Assembly (NCBI RefSeq): GCF_009914755.1
Contig: NC_060947.1
DNA: 64,000 nucleotides
DNA from: the human T2T-CHM13v2.0 reference genome, Homo sapiens
Strand: one strand, 5' to 3'
The notes under the pieces were generated by a model. That model was not told the origin of the DNA. It saw only the letters and a list, made by a program, of their open reading frames with translations, and made no database searches. Position 1 is the first letter of the stretch. Each line of letters starts with the position of its first letter. A program made the position numbers and the translations under genes. This document shows positions 26,726 through 41,387 of the stretch, one piece after another.

Positions 26726-29125
26726 TGATATGGTTTGGCTCTGTGTCCCCACCCAAATTTCATGTTGAATTTTAATCCCCAATGTTGGGTGAGGGACCTG
26801 GTGGGAGATGATTAAGACATGGGGCCTGATTTTCCCTCTTGCTGTTCTTGTAATAGTGAGTGAGTTCTCATGAGAACTGGTCGTTTGAAAGTGTGTAACA
26901 CTTCCTTCTTTCCTCTCTCTCTATCCTGCCGGCCATGTGAAGACCATGCCTGCTTTCTCTTCACCTTCCACCATGATTGGTAGTTTCCTGAGGCCTCCCC
27001 AGCCATGTCCCCTGTACAGCCTGTGGAACTGGGAGTAAGTTAAACCTCTTTTCTTTATAAACTACCCAGTCTCAGGTAGTTCTTTATAGCAATGTGAAAA
27101 TGGACTAATACAGAAAATTGGTACCAGAGAGGTGGGACATTGCTATAATGATACCTGAAAATGTGGAAGCAGCTTTGGAACAATTTGGAGGGCTCAGAAG
27201 AAGACAGGGAAATGAGAGAAAGTTTGGAATGTCCTAGAGACTTATTGAATGGTTGTGACCAAAATGCTGAGAGTGATATGGCAGTAAAGTCCACATTGAG
27301 GTGGTCACAGATGGAGATGAGGAACTTATTGAGAACTGAAGTAAAGGTCACTCTTGCTGTGTTTTAGCAAAGAGACTGGCAGCATTTTGCCTCTGCTCTA
27401 GAGATCTGTAACACTTTGAACTTGAGAAAAATAATTTAGGGTACCTGGTGGAAGAAATTTTTAAGCATCAAAGTGTTCAAGATGTGGTCTGGCGGCTTCT
27501 AAGAGCCTATGTTCATTTGCATAAACAAAGAAATGACCTGAATCTATAACTTATATTTCAAAGGGAAGCAGAGCATAAAAGTTTAGAAAATTTGCAGGCT
27601 GCCCATGTGGCAGAAAAAGAAAAACCCATTTTCTGGGGAGGAATTCAAGCTTGCTGCAGAAATTTGCATAAGTAATGAGGAGCTCAAAATTATTAATACA
27701 ATTGTTAATACACAAAACGATGGGGCAAATGTCTCCAGGGCATTTCAGATATCTTTATGGCAGCCCCTCCCATCACAAGCCTAGAAGCCTAGAACAGAAA
27801 AATGGTTTTGAGGGCCAGGCCCAGGGCCCTGCTGCTCTGTGCAGCTCACAACATGGCACCTTGTGTCCCAGCTGATATGGCTGTTGCTGTGGCTAAAAGG
27901 GGCCAAGGTACAGCTTGCAGCATCGCTTCACAGCGTGCAAGCCCCAAGCCTTGGCAGCATCCACATTGCATTTGTTCTGCAGGTATGGAGAAGGCAAATA
28001 TTGAAGCTTAGGAGCCTCCACCTAGATTTCGGAGGATGTAAGGAAATGCCTTGGTGTCCAGACAGAAGTCTGCTGCAGAGGCAGAGCCCTCATGGAGAAC
28101 CTCTACTAGGGCAGTGCAGAGGAGACATGTGGGTTTGAGCCCCAACACAGAGTTTCCACTGGGGCACTGCCTAGTGGAGCTGTGCAAAGAGGGCCACCAT
28201 CCTCCAGACCCCAGAATGGTAGATCCACCAACATCTAACACCATGTGCCTCGAAGAGGTGCAGACACTCAATGACAGCCCATGAAAGCAGCCATGGTGGG
28301 AACTCTATCTATTCTACAGAGTCATGGGGATGGTGCTGCCCAAGGCCTTGGGAGACTACCCCTTGAATCAGCATGCCCTGGATATGAGACATGGAGTCAA
28401 AGGAGATTATTTTAGAGCTTTAAGATTTAATTACTGCCCTGCTGGGTTTTGGACTTGCATGGGGCCTGTATCCCCTGTGTTTTGGCCAATTTCTCCCTTT
28501 TGGAATGGGAGCATTTACCCAATGCCTGTACCCCTGTTGTACCTTGGAAATAACTAACTTGTTTTTATTTTACCGGCTTATAGGCAGAAGGGACTTGCCT
28601 TGTCTCAGTTGAGACTTTGGACTTGAACTTTTGAGTTAATGCTAGAATGAGTTAAGACTTTTGGGGACAGTTGGGAAGACATGATTGTGTTTTAAAATAT
28701 AAGAAGGACATGAGACTTGGGAGAGGCCAGGGGTGGAATAATATAATTTGGCTCTATGTCCCCACCTAAATCTCACGTTGAATTGTAATCCCAATGTTGG
28801 GGGAGGGACCTGGTGGTAGGTTATTGGATCATGTGGGCAGATATCCCCCTTGTTGTTCTCATGAAAGTGAGTGAGTTCTCATGAGATCTGACTGTTTGAA
28901 AGTATGTAGCAATTCCTCCTTCTGTCTCTCTCTCTCCTGTTCTGGCCATGTAAAGACTACTCCTGCTTTCCCTTCACCTTCTTCCATGATTGTAAGTTTT
29001 CCAAGGCCTCCGCAACCATGCTTCTTGTACAGCCTGTAGAATTGTGAGTCAATTTAAACTTTTTGCTTTATAAATTACCCAGTGTCAGATGTGTCTTTAT
29101 AGCAGTGTGAGAATGGACTACTATA
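26726..29125 (+). mobile_element. Full-length THE1D/MSTA-like MaLR provirus (LTRs 26726-27112 and 28739-29125)
   Basis: tgatatggtttggc...ggactaataca LTR repeated around a ~1.63-kb internal region; both LTRs carry the tgtacagcctg segment; TSD not recognisable. Confidence 0.95.
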
Positions 29126-29712
29126 ATGCCAGTATTTTTTTTTTATTCTCTAACGTACCCCTCTATCACCTCTAAATTTGGGCAACTAGAACAAAGAAGA
29201 GGGTTTACCACAGGACATGAAGGACAAAGAAGTCAGTTCTTAGTCTCTGAGATTCAGAAGAAAGACATTGGCCTACACAGAATATTTAGGTAGACGTCCC
29301 TTGGCATTGTCAATTCATCTGCCTGCAGAGGACGTGTTTCAAAAGGTAAGATTCAAAGACAGCTTAGACTGGGGAGATTGGTGGATGAATAGGAAAGGCA
29401 CAACGCCTAGAAAACCAAAAAGACTGAAGTGTTCGTGAGGACAGAAAAGAGGAGAATAGTCAAACAGAAAAGAGGATAGGTCAATAGATGCCATTGTTTG
29501 GAAGAGTGCAAGAATGAGGAGAAGATGCACATCTCATCCGCAATTTCTTGACACAACATAAACTCTACAGAACTTAAAGAAATGGGGGGTCCCAAATTGA
29601 CTAAATTTTAATCACTTTGCAGAATAGTGTTCACACTAAAAGAAGTTCTAAAAAACTAAAAAAAAGCTAACCTTTTTTTGTGAAATGAAGACTGTATTAA
29701 AATCCAGATGGG

Positions 29713-30020
29713 GGCCGGACACAGTGGCTCACACCTGTAATCCCAGCACTTTGGGAGGCCAAGGTGGGTGGATCTCCTGAGGTCAGGAGTCCTAGACGAG
29801 CCTTGCCAACACTGCGAAACCCCATCTCTATTAAAAATACAAAAATTGCCAGGTGTGGTGGCGCATGCCTGCAATCCCAGCTACTTGGAGGCTGAGGCAG
29901 GAGAATTGCTTGAACGTGGGAGGCAGAAGTTTCAGTGAGCCCAGATCCTGCCACTGCACTCCAGCCTGGGTAACAGAGTGAGACTCTGTCAAAAAAAAAT
30001 AAAAAAGAAAAAAGAAAGAA
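29713..30020 (+). mobile_element. AluS
   Basis: Full dimer; TSD aaaatccagatg (29699-29710) / aaaagtccagatg (30103-30115). Confidence 0.96.
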
Positions 30021-30099
30021 CGGAGGGAGAGAGGGAGGAAGGAAGGAAGGAAGGAAGGAAGGGAGGGAGGGAGGGAGGGAGGGAGGGAGGGAGGGAGGG
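30021..30099. repeat. (GGAA)n(GGAG)n purine microsatellite inside the Alu tail
   Basis: Directly visible, lies between the Alu body and its downstream TSD. Confidence 0.92.
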
Positions 30100-30449
30100 A
30101 AAAAAAGTCCAGATGAAAATATTTTAAAAATTCTTAGATGAAAAATGCACATAAGCATGCAGCCCAAGTGTTCTAAGACTTCTCTAATGGCAGACTTTAA
30201 TAATTATCTTAGATAAGTGTTTTGTTTATAAATCATAAATTTTTAAATAAAAGATTTTTTAAAAGGTAAATATCCATTATATTTTACATCCCTTTGTAAC
30301 TTGAATTCATGACTCAACACTTGTAACTGAAGTGAAAGGTTGGTGGTTGTGAAGAACAAATGGACTTACTAACACAAAAACTTAACTTAAAAACAGCTTA
30401 AATCAGTTACAGAATTTCCTTTATTTCTTTTTATCTTACAAATACTTCA

Positions 30450-31040
30450 TTGTTTTTAACTTTTACTTCAGATTTAGGGGGTACATGTTTGATTTGTTAC
30501 CTGTTATATTGCATGCTGCTGAGGTTTGGTATATAAATGATTTCATCATGCAAGTATAAATTATTCCATCATGCAGGTACTAAGCATGGTACCCAAGAGA
30601 TAAATCTTCAACCCTTGCCCCCCTCCCCCACTCCCACCTCTCGTAGTCTCCAGTGTCTATTGTTGCCATTTTATGTCCATGAGTACCTAAGGTTTAGCCC
30701 CCACTTATAAGTGAGGACCAGTGGTATTTGATTTCGTATTCCTCTGTCAATTCACCTGGGATAATGGCCTCCTGCTGCACCCATGTTGTTGCAAAGGACA
30801 TTATTACTTTTTTTTGGTATGGTTACACAGTATTTCGTGGTGTAAATGTGCCACCATTTCTTTATTCAATCCACTATTAATGGGCACCTATGTTGAGTCC
30901 ATGTCTTTGCTATCGTGACTAATGCTGCAATGAACATGTGAGAGCATGTGTCTTTTTGGTAGAATAATTTATTTTCTTACAAGTATATACCAGGTAATGG
31001 AATTGCTGTGTCAAATGGTAGTTCTGTTTGAAGTTCTTTT
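30450..31040 (-). mobile_element. L1PA15/16-like 3' end
   Basis: gggggtacatg...gctgaggtttgg...cccacttataagtgagg...tcaaatggtagttctg. Confidence 0.8.
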
Positions 31041-31049
31041 TGTCACCTA

Positions 31050-34000
31050 TTTTTAATGTATTTTAAAAATTTCAGTAGCTTTTGGTGAAGTGGTTTTTGG
31101 TTACATGGATGAATTATATAGCGGTGAATTCTGAAATATTAGTCCACCCATCACCCAAGTAGTATGTATTGTTGTATCCAATATATAGTTTTTTAATCCT
31201 ACAGCCCCCTTCCAACCTTCCCCTTCTGAATCTCTAAAGTTCATTATATCACTCTGTATGCCTTTGCATACTCATAGTTTAGCTCCCACTTATAATGGGA
31301 ACATATGGGTATTTGGCTTTTTATTCCCGAGTCACTTCACATATAATACTTGCTTCCAGCTCCATCTAAGTTGCTGAAAAAGACATTATTTTATTCCTTT
31401 TCATGGCTGAGTAGTATTCCATGGTGTATATATACCACAATTTCTTTATCCACACATTGGTTGATGGGCATTTAGGTTGGTTCTATATCTTTGGAATTGT
31501 GAATTGGGCTGCAATAAACATATCTATGTATACATCTTTTTCATATAATGACTTCATTTCCTTTGGGAAGATACCCAGTAGTGGAATTGCTGGATTGAAT
31601 TGTGGGTCTACTTTTAGTCATTTAAAGAATCTTCATACCATTTTTCATAGAGTTCATACTAATTGACATTCCCCCCAGCAGTGTATAAGCGTTCCACTTT
31701 CTCCATGCCCAATGAAACATCTATCATTTTTGGACTTTTTAATACTGCTCATTCTTGCAGGAGTAAGGTAGTATCTCATCGTGATTTTAATTGACATTAT
31801 CCTGATCATCAGTGATGTTGAGTATATTTTCATATGTTTGTTGACCATTTGTATATCTACTTTTGAGAAATGTTTATTTGTGTAATTTACCCACTTTTGG
31901 AGGAGATTACTTGTTTTTTTCTTGCTAATTTATTTGAACACCTTGTAAATTCTGAATTATAGTCCTTTGTCAGATGTATAATTTGCAAATGTTTTCTCCC
32001 ATTCTGTTGGTTGTCTGTTTACTCTGATTATTTCTTTTGCTGTGAAGAAGTTTTTAAATTTTATCAGGTCTTATTTATTTTTGTTTTTGCTGCATTTGCC
32101 TTTGGGGGTCTTAGTCATTAATTTTTTGCTTAGGCAATTATCCAGAAGATTTTTTTCAAGGTTATCTTGTAGAATTTTTCTAGAATTCAGGACTTAGATT
32201 TAAGTATTTGTTTGATTTTGTGTTGGTTTTTTATAAGGTGAGAGATAAAGATCTACATTTACTCTTCTCCATATGGCTAGACAGTCCTACCAGCGCCATT
32301 TATTAAATAGAGCCTCCTTTTCCTAATTTCTGTTTTTGTATACTTTCTCAAAGATCAGTTATTTGTAAGTATTTGGCTTCATTTCTGAGTTCTCTATTCT
32401 GTTGCAAAGGTATATCTGCCGACTGTTCTGCCAGTACCATGCTGTTTTGGTAACTATACACTAGAGTAGTATAACTTAAGTTCTGGTAATGTGATACCTT
32501 CAGATTTGTTCTTTTTACTCAGGATTGCTTTGGCTACTTGGGCTCTTTTTTTATTCCTTATGAATTTTAGGATAGTTTTTTTCCTATTTTTATGAAAAAT
32601 GGTGTTGGTATTTTGATGGGAATTGCATTGAATCTGTAGATTGCTTTGGGCATTATGGTCATTTTTACAATATTGATTCTTTCAATCCATGAGCATTTGG
32701 AGGGTTTCCATTCGTTTGTGTAACCTGTAATTTATTTCAGCAATATTTTGTAGTTTTCCTTGTAGAGATCTTTCACCTCCTTTGTTAAGTATATTTCTAG
32801 GTATTTTAGTTTCCTGCAGCTGTTTTAAAATGGATTGAGTTGTTGATTTGATTCCCAGTTTTGTCATTGGTGTATAGCAGTGCTACTGATTTCTGTACAT
32901 TGATTTTGTAAACTGACTTTACTGAATTTGTTCATCAAATCTAGAAGTGTTTTGGAGGAATCTTTAGGGTTTTCTGGGTGTATAATTATATCATCAAAGA
33001 ACAGTAATAGTTTAGCTTTCTATTTTCCAGTTCGGATGCCCTTAGTTTCTTTCTTTTGCATAGTTGTTTTGGCTAGGACTTCCCATACTATGTTGAATAG
33101 AAGTGGCAAAAGTGGGCATCCTTGGCTTATTCCAGTTCTCAGGGGAATGCTTTCAATGTTTTCCCAATCTGTATAGTGTTGGCTATAGGTTCGTCTATAT
33201 GGCTTTTATTATACTGAGGTAGGTCCCTTCTATTCCTAGTTTGTTGAGGGTTTTTATCATAAAGGGATGCTGGATTTTATTGAATGCTTATTTTGTATCT
33301 GTTGAGATGACCACTTTTTTGTTTTTAATTCTGTTTATGTGGTGTATCACATTTATTGACTTGTATATGTTAAACCATCCTTGCCTCTCTGAAATGAAAC
33401 CCACTTGATCGTGATGCATTATCTTGGTGTGCTGTTGGATTCAGTTAGCTAGTATTTTGTTGAAGATTTTCGCATCTATGTTCATTAGGAATATTGGTCT
33501 GCAGTTTTTCGGGTTTTTTGTTGTTGTTGTTACATCCCTTCCTGGTTTTGGTGTCAGGGTGATACTGGCTTCATAGAATGACTTAGGGAGGATTCTCTCA
33601 TTTCAATCTTTTGGAATAGTTTTCATACGACCAGTACCAATTCTTTTTTGAATGTCTTTTGGAATTTAGCTATAAGTCTATTGAGAAAAATGAGATGTGG
33701 CATTAGATTATTAATTTGAGATCTCAACGTTTTGAGGTAGGCGTTTAATACTACAAACTTTCCTCTTCACACCACTTTTGCTGCATCCCAGAGATTTTGG
33801 TGTGCTGAGTCTCTATTTTTATTTCAATTTTAAAAAATGTATGCTTTGATTTAATTGTTTACTTAAAAGTCATCCAGGAACAAGTTGCTTAATTTTCCTG
33901 TAATTGTGTGGTTTTGACAGATCTTCTTGGTATTAATTTCTATCTTTATTTCACTGTTGTCTGAGAGTATTGCTGGCATAATTTTGATTTTTTTGAATTT

Positions 34001-34090
34001 ATTAAAACTCGTTTTATGGATGAGCATGGTGTTGATCTTGGAATATTTTCCACGTGCAGATGAGAAGAATGTATATTCTGTTTTTAATGG
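31050..34090 (-). mobile_element. L1PB-type element, 3'UTR and part of ORF2
   Basis: L1PB 3' motif ggttacatggatgaattatatagcggtgaattctga; ORF2 peptide IKITMRYYLTPARM; internal deletion near 33680. Confidence 0.88.
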
Positions 34091-36163
34091 GAACCATAGA
34101 AAATGGTTCTGTGGTTTTAACTCAGGTTTTTAAAATATGCTCTATGAATTTGCCTAAGTAACAAAGCCTAGCTTTATAAAAGATAAGATGGTTATGGTTT
34201 CAAGTCCTTTATTCCTAATGATGTTCATTACATGCATTATTTTATTACCTGCTAGGAAACAATTTGTGACTAACAAATCATTCCATGATAAATAACACAT
34301 TTGAATAGCAGTTAACAAACCCTGGATCAGATGCAAATGATTACATTTTATTCCTTATAGTCATCACTTTTCTAAGTCACTTTCCATATCCACTGCCTTA
34401 ATAGGGTTCAGTGGAATCCCTGGGGACCTGTAGAACATATCTGAAAAATAAGATCTCTAAGTTATACTTTTAAAAATTAGTAAAATATTTTCAAGTTCAT
34501 ACCATAACTCAAATTAGAAAAAGTGTTTCCTTGTATAGGTCCCTTGGGGAATATATAAGATTATATATAATAATTCTTTTGACGGATGACTTTATACAAA
34601 GAGCTACTTTGAGAGTGTCCAAGAATACTGGAAGCAATCTGGTCTCTTAAACAATCTAAGTACCACCTCTTCTGCCCGATTACTAAGCTAACTTTTTCTT
34701 ATTTAAATAACATCAGCTCAAACATTTTCTAAAATGATTGTTGTGCTTTTGTAGCCCAAAGAGACAGTTTTCTCCGCTTATATTTAGAGCAGATCTTACA
34801 TTTAGAACTAGACTACATGATTAGCTACACTTAACTCAGCTTAAATTGCCTCTCTTTCAAGAGCTGTAAATTAATACTTAGCTAACTTTAAGGTTAGTAT
34901 ATTCACAGTCTAAAATTAGACTCTATAACTCCTTGGTATATCCATAGGTGGAACAAAAACGACAAAAACATAACAGGTTTAGTTCAAAGCCTACTATACA
35001 GTTGTCTGGTTAAGGGTACCTACAGGAAATAGTTTTTCTTCTTTAGGCAGTAAGGAGACAGAAACTTCCCTGGAGGCTGGCCACTTTATCAAGGATGTAG
35101 CAATGGAGTGTACAACTAGAATTATTTGATAATAAAACCTAGTAACTATTCCTGATCCCTATGGACTATCAGAACAATGATATATATCATCCAGTTTTTT
35201 ATTTTAAATTGGCAAAATGTCACCTCTGTTCTCCACTCCCCATGGCATAAATATAAGCTGACAGCAACAACTTCTTTCCCTTTTCTCTCTCTCATTTTGC
35301 CCTTTTCAACCCTACTATCTCCTGATATTCTTCTGTCAGAAAAGGCCATTTTCATTCATGGCTCCACATAGCTACCTGCAGCAACATGTGCATTTTTATT
35401 GTTGCTCTTATTTAAACCAATCTGTCAAAAAGTTAATTAGCGATTTATAACTGGACTTGCAGTCACAGCCACACTGCTTCTCTGAGGAACTTTGCCCTTT
35501 TTTTCTGAACATTAAAAGCATAATTTGACTATACAGAACAAAACATGTCCCATTTAAAACACATAAAAAAACAGCAGCTCCTCAATTTGACAAATTATAG
35601 CAAATCCCAAATTAGTGGAGAAAAACTAAGGATGGTGCGATGTTTTTGTGGGAAAGCAACAAGATTGTCGCATGAGCTGAGAGCCAGCCAGTCAAACCCA
35701 GTGTACAGCAGCCCTTGGTGGATTCATTCCCAGAGAAGGAGAGTGAGTTCAAGAGCACCTGGGAGAACTGTTGTCACTTCAGACAGCTTGAAAGACAGAG
35801 ACAGCTAAATACCTCCAAATTAACACACAGCAGTCAGCTGCAATTTGTAGGACCTAAATGACAGTGTTCTTCAATCGTCTCCCATTTATTTCTCCAAATC
35901 CAAACCCTTTCTCATTCTCTGCAAAGCCATTCTTTGAATACAAGGAAATACCATAGCTGCACAGTGACTATTGAAAAGTGCCATCTTTTGCTAAATAAGT
36001 GAAATTGTACCCACACCACGTCATTCAAATTCTTTGTGTGTATTGCTTCTGTATTAATGACAAACACACTTTTCTGATATTAGAAGAGAGTATTTTAATG
36101 AAGTATGAGTTCATCGATGAATGCCAGTATTTCATAGTCTTGGAGACTCAGTATTCTAAACTA

Positions 36164-36515
<352 letters not shown>

Positions 36516-37854
36516 AAGATTTTATTTTAATCATTTAATATATAAATATTTCTAAAATAGGTTGTACTCATCCTTGCATTCATAAAATGAGAAGCTTTAA
36601 GGAAAGTTAATCATTTCCTATTGCTTTAAGTATTGAATATGGATACCAGTTCTTACAATATAATTTGGGTTCCTCAGGCTATTGATACCTATATAGGATT
36701 ATTTGTCCTAGATAGTTTTGAGGTATATTTTTATGTATTTCCTGCATTCTATTCTCCATCAACTATCACTATTACTTCATCCAGCATCTCAACCTTTAGA
36801 AATTTCATTTATTTCTAATTTGCAGTTTCCCATGCAGATTGGGTTTTGAAACATGATAACCCCCATTTATTAGTATTGTAGTTGAAATAAGATTTAAAGA
36901 TAATCAGTATGGACAAGGGGAACTTCTACTATTAGTGAAGTTCATCAACTTTATTAGCTATCACAGCCTCTCTTTGGTCACTCCTAAGTGATTTTCCCTT
37001 AGTTATGAGCCCTTGGGTCCACACCATTGAAATTTCTGGTTTGGTGAATTATTATTGTGTTTTCATTCATTCATTACATTACAAAGATCAGGGAGTTTTT
37101 AGTTTGTTCCTTTGAGTTTTGCATTTATCATTCCAATAACTCCTTTGATCTATTAAACAAACAAGCATTAAGAAATGTGAGTCTTCTCTACACTGACATA
37201 ATTCTTTACATTTGAAAACAAAATAGATAATTCTTGCAGAATATTAATGTTTAGAAAATGAGTTATGCACAGGCTTTTATTCCTTCTATTACTTTTTATC
37301 TAATCAAGAGCCATTGATCTCAATTAAGAAAGTGCATTTTGCTGGCAACTGCTTTTGTTATTTCTGAACTAGGATTTTTTTTCTTTAGTAACAACTCTCA
37401 ATGGAAATTATTGAAAAAACCTAGCATTTTTAATTTTCTTGATATTCTTTCTATCCAGAATATTATCTTAAAATTGTATTAACTATGAAGCTTGTTATGT
37501 CATTATTTTACATGATTTCTCTCAAACTACAGGACTCTGTGTCTATAAATGATGCAAAACAGAATTAACATTTTATATCATTTTTTCTTAGGTTACTTTC
37601 AAATGGAAATAAATATTATTATGATTAAGATGGAACTAATTTTTGTATTATTGTCCAAGAGCCAGAAGGATGATGATATTGGTTTTCATTCCAGGAAATC
37701 TGATTATAAACTGCCCTTTTTTATAATGACCACTATACTCTCCTGTGTGTGTGTGTGTCGGGGCGGGGGGGCGCAGAGTGCGCATGCGTTGTGTTAGGGG
37801 GTGGGGGTTTGAGTTTTTATAGGAATTCTGCTATATAGCTGTACTTGGAGACAG

Positions 37855-38060
37855 AAGGTGTTATGTGGTAAAGAGCAGAGGTTTTGAAGACAGACATATC
37901 TGGACTCATATATCCACTGTCTTATGTATTAGCCGTGTAACCTTGGGAAGGTTATGTGATCTCTCACAGCCTCACTTTTGTATCATCTGTGAAATGAGAT
38001 AATAAAACAAACTCTTAAAGACTTTTTGGAAGACTGGAAATGATATGTCACACTGAATGC
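37855..38060 (+). mobile_element. MIR
   Basis: gtggtaaagagcagagg...tgtaaccttgggaagg...catctgtgaaatgagataataa. Confidence 0.75.
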
Positions 38061-38139
38061 AGTTAATATATAGTAATTTTTATGGTCCTCATAATCTTTG
38101 TGTCTAACTGAGGAGTCAGCTAAAACCCAACTCAAACCT

Positions 38140-38290
38140 CAGCTGTTCAATTACTGGCTGTGTGATCTGGGACATGCTAAACTAAACATTCTGAAGCTAG
38201 GTTTAATCACCTGTAGCAAGTAGATGATACTTACCTCTTGAAGATTAACTGAGATCATGTTTGTAAAGTGTCTATGATGGTGCCTCACAT
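38140..38290 (+). mobile_element. MIR
   Basis: ttactggctgtgtgatctggg...atcacctgtagc...tgtaaagtg. Confidence 0.6.
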
Positions 38291-39494
38291 TGGTTCAGCT
38301 CTATGAAACAGTTTTTATACTCTCTGTTGCATTCTTTAAGCCCCCTTTTGGTATCTTACTAGAAAAACAAAGATGTATCAGGACATTTTATGAGGATGGA
38401 AAAATATCATGGGTACACGGACTAAGTGGCTTATTTATTCACTCCAACACTCAAACCTTTCATGACATCCACCATGTGCCCATGCAAAGCACTTTGCGTG
38501 TTGTCAAGCTGCAGTGTTTAATTCAAAACATTTACTCACATTATGGGGGCTTTTCAAACATATGCAGATCACATTTCTGCTGTCATATCCTCAGCCCTTG
38601 GCAACTCTTTGTTTCATACACAAAATAATTTGGTTACACAACAGAAAACGGGACAGTGTCCAGCATAAGTTTAAATTTTTGAGTTTAAATAATCCCGTCT
38701 TGCAGGCAGGAATATTTATACTTACTAAAGTTTAATTTTATGTTATTAAGTGGTGGTGTCTATTTAGGACACCCATTAAATGGTTCAAGATCCAATAGTA
38801 TAAAAAGGTACACTCCCTCCCATGTTCTGCAACTGTCTTCAGAAAAATAATATTACATTTTCCTATAATATTAGCTTTTAAGAGAACTTCAAAAAGTTTA
38901 TACTAATTCCTCCCATTTCTCCATCCTCTGTATTATTTTTGAAAATAAGAAAATATTCCAATGATATAATATTATATTTTTAAATGAGTATGGAATGAAC
39001 AGCGAATTACTGCATCTTAGCTAACACGAAGGAGCCAGGGAGATGGTAGATACTATTACATCTAGGTATTGACCATTGTTACACATATTTCAAAGGCTAA
39101 AGTCACCTAAGAATGTTTTAAGTGCTATGGCTTTTGAATGCATCAGAGATTTCCTCAGTGATTGGCCTCAAGAAATTAAAATAAACTCTGTGGCTGTGTA
39201 GGATGGTGCAAAATAAAGAAGTCACATAGCAAATATGCCCCAGAAAATAGACATTCTTCCAGCGAAGACATTTACCTTGGCTTCTAGGACAGTCTTGTGT
39301 TCATTCATTCGTTTAAAGAGAGTTCAATTTTGTCTCCATACATTTATTTAAAGGCACCTGATTAACTACTGTTTGCCCTCAAAAAGTTGGAATTACTTAT
39401 TTTCAGAATTAGAGACTGGCCAACAGAATTGTAAGAAACAAATTGTTTCCTGCAACCATTTATCCTTTCTGAAGCTATTCACTGCTGGAAACTG

Positions 39495-39700
39495 TGTAGT
39501 ATAATTAAGGTTTTAAGTGGCTCAAAGAGTTGAAATTACATGCTTTGGAGCCAGATAAAATGAATTTATATTTGGTTCCTTCACCTGTCAGCTGTACCTC
39601 ACTAAGTCTCAATTTTCTCTGAGTAAAATTGGGATAATAATACCTATGTATGTCACTGTGGTGAGGATTAAAAGAAAATATCTAACACTGTAAGCCATTT
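39495..39700 (+). mobile_element. MIR
   Basis: ctttggagccaga...gtaaaattgggataataatacct...gtgaggattaaa. Confidence 0.65.
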
Positions 39701-39930
39701 ATAAAATAGATAACACTAGAAAGCACCCAAAATTAAATTATTATTATTAATTGGTGAAGCAAATGAGCCTGAAGCAGATGAGCACTTGCTTTGAATGCTG
39801 CTGTATTCATGTCAATGCATTATGGTGATGCTGAACTCCTCAGAACCAACTGGCTGACATAAGTCAGCCACAGATTCAGCAACTCAAAGACTAGAGAGAA
39901 GTTTCAATGTGGGTTGAATAGTAGTTTATT

Positions 39931-40311
<381 letters not shown>

Positions 40312-41190
40312 TGAATGAGGTATACGGACTATTGGTCTTTAGGAGAAACCTTTTTGTTTTTTTCAGCATCTGACCATATTACTCTCCCCTCTAATTATGT
40401 TCTCTGCAGGACTGTGATAATATCCAACTCCTCTCCAATCAAAACCCCCTCCATTCCTGCCGTGTTATGAGTCTCTGACAATGGAGATTTTAATACATTT
40501 ATTATACTGATCACTAAGAGAAGACTGGTCATGCAAAAAAAATTGCTGTCTCAATGCAAATGGTCAGCATGACAGCGCCTACCATACAAATGAGTGTGAA
40601 ATGTGTAGGTCACGGGGCTCCCGTTCTCCTACAAACTTAATATATTGCTTTATGCTACATTGTCCCTCAGTGGCCCAAATAGTTTCAGTTCACTGAATAT
40701 GAAAAGGACATTCATAAGCTTTGTGATGTTTATTCTCTTCATTCACTTAACAAAACATGTTAAGCAGATTGAGCATCCATGCCAAGTGTGTTTGTTTTCG
40801 TTTTACGTGACATGAGAGGTCACTCTTTATAAAGTCTTAAGAACATCCTAGTTTTGCATTGTCTTAAGTGAAGGACTCAGTCAAGTGGTGTCATTTGCCC
40901 ACTGACTGTTTCTTATTTTTAAAAAAAAGTCTGACTTGTGACCACAATAATAGTGTACTAATTCGTCTGTAAAGTGACTTTTCCATAGACTGTACTTTAA
41001 AAAGTAGCATTTTTGTTTGTTTCACTCCTTTGAACGATTTTTGAACTGTGAGCTGGGTAATAGAAGAGGTTGCTTTCGCTTTTAAGTAAAAGAGCTTTCA
41101 CTAATTTTAAATACTTTATATTGACTATAGAAGATCATTTTCTCATACCATACTGTATGATGATTTTGTTTCCTGTGAAATGGAATGCTT

Positions 41191-41193
<3 letters not shown>

Positions 41194-41231
<38 letters not shown>
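41194..41231. repeat. (TG)n microsatellite
   Basis: Directly visible. Confidence 0.95.
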
Positions 41232-41233
<2 letters not shown>

Positions 41234-41347
41234 ATAGACACGTATGCAGTGCTATGCAGGAGCTAGTTCTTAATTCTTCATGACACATGCTTGTATTTTT
41301 CCTAACTCTACATTCATATTGGTAGCTTGAAACTGGCCATGTTGAGA

Positions 41348-41352
<5 letters not shown>

Positions 41353-41384
<32 letters not shown>
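41353..41384. repeat. (TA)n microsatellite
   Basis: Directly visible. Confidence 0.95.

Positions 41385-41387
<3 letters not shown>

Noticed and set aside
29697-30167. 156-aa ORF with PPSL repeats
   Set aside because: Translation of a microsatellite plus antisense Alu.
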